Source of the DNA: a virus
Taxonomy: Duplodnaviria > Caudoviricetes
DNA: 39,840 bases
Virus record (IMG/VR): IMGVR_UViG_3300037484_000877
Span: 1-39,840 of that record
Direction: 5' to 3' (one strand)
Within the stretch, counting starts at the first letter, position 1, and every line of letters starts with the position of its first letter. The translations under genes were made by a program, and so were the position numbers. Shown piece by piece: positions 36,375 through 39,840 of the stretch. Below the pieces are notes generated by a model that made no database searches, was not told where the DNA came from, and saw only the letters and a list, made by a program, of their open reading frames with translations.

Positions 36375-36696
36375 GCGCCTTCGGCTGCGAAGTGGGAGAA
36401 CGAGGCGGAAAACGCGGACTCCAAATCCGCACTGGACCGTTAATCCAGACACACGGGAAGTCAGGGGTTCGAATCCTCTCCCCCCCATTGACGGGGGGGT
36501 AGCTCAGCCCGGTAAGAGCGCCCGGACCGACTCAGAAGTTCAACGGTGAACGGTGACAAGCTCTTTCGATCACGAATGATCCGTTGAACCGTGAAAGTTG
36601 CGCGAAACCCATCGCAAACGAGGGGTCACCGGAGACGGCGACCACGGCCATCCGCACCGGGCCGTTCCCATCGTGGTGGCAGCAGTTTGGAGGCGC
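36375..36696 (+). ncRNA. Y-RNA/YrlA-like structured ncRNA containing a circularly permuted tRNA core and two isolated anticodon arms
   Basis: Terminal helix 36375-36388/36682-36696 plus 36393-36401/36664-36670; T arm 36463-36479, acceptor C7 36480-36486 / G7 36493-36499, D arm 36502-36519; anticodon-like hairpins 36414-36430 and 36432-36448. Confidence 0.8.
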
Positions 36697-36741
36697 ACCA
36701 TTTCGGTACCACTTTGGTACCACGACCAGGAGGAACGAGAG

Positions 36742-36939
36742 ATGCCGCTGTTCGAGGTAGCGATCACGGAGAACCCGACGAAGAAGGAAGCGGAGGATGG
36801 CGCCACGGAGAAGCTCATCATGGCCCCGAAGGCGGTCATCGCCAGGGATCAGCAGAGCGCCGCAGTGGCCGCAGCGCTGGAGGCTGGTGTGTCGTTCGAC
36901 CCGAACAAGTCCCTGATTCACGTCCGCCCTTTCGCGTAG
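36742..36939 (+). CDS. Small phage protein
   Basis: AGGAGG RBS; MPLFEVAITENPTKKE...VRPFA. Confidence 0.75.
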   Translation: MPLFEVAITENPTKKEAEDGATEKLIMAPKAVIARDQQSAAVAAALEAGVSFDPNKSLIHVRPFA

Positions 36940-37125
36940 CCCCGGCCCCGAGGGAGGCCGCGGGAGCGGCATCGGGCGAAGAGAGCTACGACATCGCCAT
37001 GGCCAAAACTCCTAGACGGGATCCATTCAAGAACCGGGCCCTCCGCTATTCGAGCTGGGGCGGAATCGAGCCGGCACACGTCGGAGTGGCCTACTACCAG
37101 GCGCCGCCCGGAGGAAGCACGGTCA

Positions 37126-37371
37126 GTGCCGCAACCATCGCGCCGCGGACGTCGTAGGAAGTACCCTCGCGGAAACTGGCGATACACCGAGCCCGGAGCG
37201 AAGCCCTTTCGGGTGACGCTCTGGGTCTCGGACTCTGTCCGAGAAGAGATTGAGGCGATGGCGAAGAAGAATTGCGAGCTGACCCTCTCGAAGCGACCGC
37301 GGACCGGCGTCATCGTCACGGCCCTCGTGACCCTGGCGCTCGAGCATCTCCACGAGGAACCCACGAAGTGA
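37126..37371 (+). CDS. Putative ribbon-helix-helix DNA-binding protein
   Basis: FRVTLWVSDSVREEIEAMA strand-helix then a second helix. Confidence 0.5.
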   Translation: MPQPSRRGRRRKYPRGNWRYTEPGAKPFRVTLWVSDSVREEIEAMAKKNCELTLSKRPRTGVIVTALVTLALEHLHEEPTK

Positions 37372-37826
37372 GCCGATACGCCAACGACACTGGCGTCCCG
37401 ATCGACCGGTCACGTTCCGAGATTGAGCGGACGCTTACCCGGTACGGCGCCAAGGCCTTCATGTACGCGACGAAGCCTGAAAAGGCGATGATCGCGTTCG
37501 AGGTCGAAGGCCGACACATCCGCATGATCCTTCCTATGCCCACCGATGCGGACGACTCAATTCGTCTCAACCGCTGGGGCCGCGCCAACAAGAACGCCGT
37601 CATCGAGAAAAAGATCGAGCAGGAAGCGCGGCGTCGGTGGCGAGCGCTCGCGCTGGTCATCAAGGCCAAGCTGGAAGCCGTGTCATCGGGAATCGCCGTA
37701 TTCGATGACGAGTTCCTCGCCTACATGATGCTCCCCGACGGACGGACGGTCGGAGAGTGGGCCCAGCCCCAGATCAAGAAGCTCGGCGAGAAGATGCCGA
37801 AGATGCTGCCGGCGGGGATGGATTGA
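37368..37826 (+). CDS. Conserved phage hypothetical protein
   Basis: YA..T.V...RSRSEIE..L.RYGA...WRAL.LVIKAKLEAV..GI..F..EFL motif; GTGA coupling. Confidence 0.8.
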   Translation: MSRYANDTGVPIDRSRSEIERTLTRYGAKAFMYATKPEKAMIAFEVEGRHIRMILPMPTDADDSIRLNRWGRANKNAVIEKKIEQEARRRWRALALVIKAKLEAVSSGIAVFDDEFLAYMMLPDGRTVGEWAQPQIKKLGEKMPKMLPAGMD

Positions 37827-38371
37827 AGCGTGACGTTGCCAAGGTCGCGAAGGAAATCGCGGACATCATCGACCGCTGGGATGGGTACGCAGCCCAGGCT
37901 CGGACGGTCGGATCCCAGGACATCGTCGTACAGAGGGGAACTCTCGCTCGGTGGCTACTCGTCCTGTGCCCTCCCAGGACCCGCAAGATACTGTCGGAGT
38001 CGGTCAAGGAGAGACGGGCCACCGCGAAGGAGCTGGACGCACTTTGCCGGGAGGTCGTCTTCCTCAGGGACGGCGGCAAGTGTCGGAAATGCGGGCGATC
38101 CGATGGGCTCATGGACTGGGCCCACGTCTACTCCAGGAGATTCCGGGTCACCCGATGGCTTCCAGCCAACTCCATGGTTCTCTGCCGAACGCATCATCTT
38201 TGGTGGCACCAAAACCCCACGGAGGCGATCGAGTGGTGGCGGAAGGAAGTAGGCCCAGACGTTGCGAGGAAGCTCGACCTGATGAAGCGGGCGGCGAAGC
38301 CCGGCGATCATCGGTCGGTCAAGATGTGGTTGGAGAGGGAGAAGAGTGAGCTACGTCATTCGAGTGTGTGA
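37823..38371 (+). CDS. NinG/Rap-like HNH-fold nuclease
   Basis: LD......V.LRDGGKCRKCG...AHVYSRR...TRW...N...LCRTHH..WHQNP. Confidence 0.75.
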   Translation: MKRDVAKVAKEIADIIDRWDGYAAQARTVGSQDIVVQRGTLARWLLVLCPPRTRKILSESVKERRATAKELDALCREVVFLRDGGKCRKCGRSDGLMDWAHVYSRRFRVTRWLPANSMVLCRTHHLWWHQNPTEAIEWWRKEVGPDVARKLDLMKRAAKPGDHRSVKMWLEREKSELRHSSV

Positions 38372-38585
38372 CCGTGGTGGGGTCTACCGCTCCTTCGAGG
38401 AGAAAACCTTCGAGGACGCCCGCCGGCGCTACTTCGATTGCAAAGAGGAGTGGCCGGACAAGGTTCTGACGTGCCACAACGAGGAGAAATACGACGCGGA
38501 GTGGGTTGACGACCGCTGGGTGATCGACGACGGGATGACCGAAGCGGAGAAGGAGGCCCTCGATTCTGGAACGGTGGAGTGTTGA
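38346..38585 (+). CDS. Hypothetical acidic protein
   Basis: GTG with GAGGGAG RBS. Confidence 0.55.
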   Translation: MSYVIRVCDRGGVYRSFEEKTFEDARRRYFDCKEEWPDKVLTCHNEEKYDAEWVDDRWVIDDGMTEAEKEALDSGTVEC

Positions 38586-38751
38586 GGATACGGACGGCGG
38601 GCCGATGTTCTACGTCAGGGACGATAGCGGCGGGTTGGCTGTTCTGACGGAGGAGGAGGCTGCGGCGCTCTTGCGGTGGCTCACTGGAGTAATTGCGGGG
38701 CCGGGAAATCCACAGTCCAGTTCATCGGGCACGTATCCCTAAGCAAACGAG

Positions 38752-38773
38752 GAGCGAAGGCCCCGCTCTTTTT
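38752..38773 (+). terminator. Weak intrinsic terminator
   Basis: GAGCG-7 nt-CGCTC-TTTTT. Confidence 0.4.
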
Positions 38774-38827
38774 GTGGTGGGCTGTGGGAACGGGAAACGA
38801 TTCTCGATCGGTAGGAGGAACTTCCCC

Positions 38828-39247
38828 ATGACCAGAGGACAGAAGGTCGTCGCTTACGGCTACGGAGGCCTCACCGGATTCTCGGCACTCGTCTTCATCG
38901 CTCTCTTCATCGTGATCGCGTTCGGGTCCACCGGATGCGACACGAACAAGAGCTCGCTGGTCGGTCCAACGCGGGAGCAGGTCACCGTCACTCCCGCCGG
39001 CGCCTACGTCGCCTACGTCGAGATCGAGGGGAAGATGCAGAAGGCGCTCGTCGAGAACGACCCGGCCGGCCGCTGGGCCATCAACGGCGTCAGCGTCAAG
39101 GTCATCATGGTGCTCGACTACCCGTGCGGCTTCATCGGACCGCTGCCTGAGGGGCACGGCCGAGACTGTACCGACGACCCGAACGGAACTCCATCAGACG
39201 AGCCCCCGACTGCGAGGTACATCGGGGATCCGACCACCGACGAGTAG
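38828..39247 (+). CDS. Putative lipoprotein
   Basis: AGGAGG RBS, ATG 38828; hydrophobic stretch followed by lipobox-like STGC and a polar linker. Confidence 0.65.
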   Translation: MTRGQKVVAYGYGGLTGFSALVFIALFIVIAFGSTGCDTNKSSLVGPTREQVTVTPAGAYVAYVEIEGKMQKALVENDPAGRWAINGVSVKVIMVLDYPCGFIGPLPEGHGRDCTDDPNGTPSDEPPTARYIGDPTTDE

Positions 39248-39328
39248 CGGGGGCCGGAGGGACACCGGCGGGGCGGCTGCGATAGGAGTCCGGTCGCCCC
39301 ATTCCCCTATCACCCGAATGGAGGGTTG

Positions 39329-39490
39329 ATGCGTTCTGAAATGCCTGGACCGAACGAAGTAGCGAAGATCGTCGAGAGGCTGATCGCCGACGGATTGAAG
39401 ATCAGCAACTACACGGCGGAGCCCAAGCAGGACGGGCTCCACCTGACCGTCTCGATGGTGATTCCGTGGCTGGATACGAAGAAGCCGTGA
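39329..39490 (+). CDS. Small hypothetical protein
   Basis: GGAGG RBS; 53 aa read by hand (MRSEMPGPNEVAKIVERLIADG...). Confidence 0.5.
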   Translation: MRSEMPGPNEVAKIVERLIADGLKISNYTAEPKQDGLHLTVSMVIPWLDTKKP

Positions 39491-39729
39491 TCGACCAACC
39501 CGGCGGAGCGCGCCCGATTCAGACGATGGACGACGTCATTGCCCTCTTCCTCGAGAATCCGGACACTGAGTTCGAGTTTCATGTTCCCGACGACGCGGCG
39601 CCCAACGTCAGGAGGGCGGCCGAGAACCTTCACCGGATGATCCGAGACATTCGGGAGTGGGTCCGGGCCGATCCCGCCAGGGCTCGGGCCTTCCTGGAGG
39701 CCAGGCGGCCGCACGGGGGGATCCATTGA
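39487..39729 (+). CDS. Hypothetical protein
   Basis: GTGA coupling upstream, TGATG downstream; spans repeat copy 2. Confidence 0.55.
   Translation: MIDQPGGARPIQTMDDVIALFLENPDTEFEFHVPDDAAPNVRRAAENLHRMIRDIREWVRADPARARAFLEARRPHGGIH
39587..39713. repeat. 127-bp exact direct repeat, copy 2
   Basis: Identical to 1-127. Confidence 0.95.
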
Positions 39730-39840
39730 TGGCTGAGGACCGTTGCCGCGGCTGCAACCGCGCTATCCGATGGGCGAAGACTCCGAAGGGAGCGAACGTT
39801 CCGGTGGAGCGCATGCAATCCCTCACAATAGGCGCGGACG
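39729..39840 (+). CDS. Partial phage protein running off the contig end
   Basis: MAEDRCRGCNRAIRWAKTPKGANVPVE, a common phage CxxC...W..T..G...PV motif; TGATG-coupled start. Confidence 0.65.
   Translation, partial: MAEDRCRGCNRAIRWAKTPKGANVPVERMQSLTIGAD

Noticed and set aside
36454-36487. attP site made of a tRNA 3' half
   Set aside because: No integrase is recognisable, and the matching 5' half follows 5 nt later and pairs perfectly, which an attP would not explain
36447-36524. Functional tRNA-Val(GAC) produced by back-splicing
   Set aside because: GAC can be placed in CAGACAC, but position 33 would be A, the fifth stem pair mismatches, and no group I/II intron core or bulge-helix-bulge is seen
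36454-36700. Two-piece (permuted) tmRNA
   Set aside because: Acceptor stem is G7/C7 with no G3-U70 alanine determinant, a full D stem is present, and no tag reading frame ending in an AA-type degron is evident
1-39840. CRISPR array, diversity-generating retroelement, retron, transposase, integrase, alternative genetic code
   Set aside because: No regularly spaced repeats, reverse transcriptase or recombinase motifs seen; core genes are intact under the standard code and all three stop codons are used

Overview
The window is most or all of a GC-rich, podovirus-like dsDNA phage genome. The minus strand (12.8-35.4 kb) carries the late module: TerS, TerL, portal, scaffold, major capsid, fibre/decoration proteins, adaptor, tail nozzle, three ejection proteins, a lysis cassette with a TIGR02594-type endolysin, a secreted FN3 protein and a tRNA-CAT. 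The plus strand carries early/middle genes: a C5 DNA methyltransferase dual-coded in two frames, an SSAP/recombinase pair, a NinG-like HNH nuclease, DUF3307, a lipoprotein and many small ORFs. No integrase, repressor, helicase, primase or polymerase is recognisable. Bases 1-127 recur at 39587-39713 and are followed by 127 different bases, so the contig is a lasso rather than a clean circle. The best candidate for an undescribed system is the 35.55-36.94 kb operon. It pairs a DIP1984-like helical protein with a ~320-nt ncRNA closed by a long terminal stem. The RNA contains a circularly permuted tRNA core (T arm, loop-closed acceptor stem, D arm; YrlA/Y-RNA topology), two free-standing anticodon arms (Trp-CCA, Asn-GTT) and heptamer repeats, and no Ro/Rsr gene is present. 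Other notable items are a second large structured RNA at 12.1-12.4 kb, a stand-alone paralog of the head-tail adaptor among the early genes, and a DnaA-box/terminus-like region at 4.0-4.75 kb. All family calls come from reading motifs by eye; no database searches were run.
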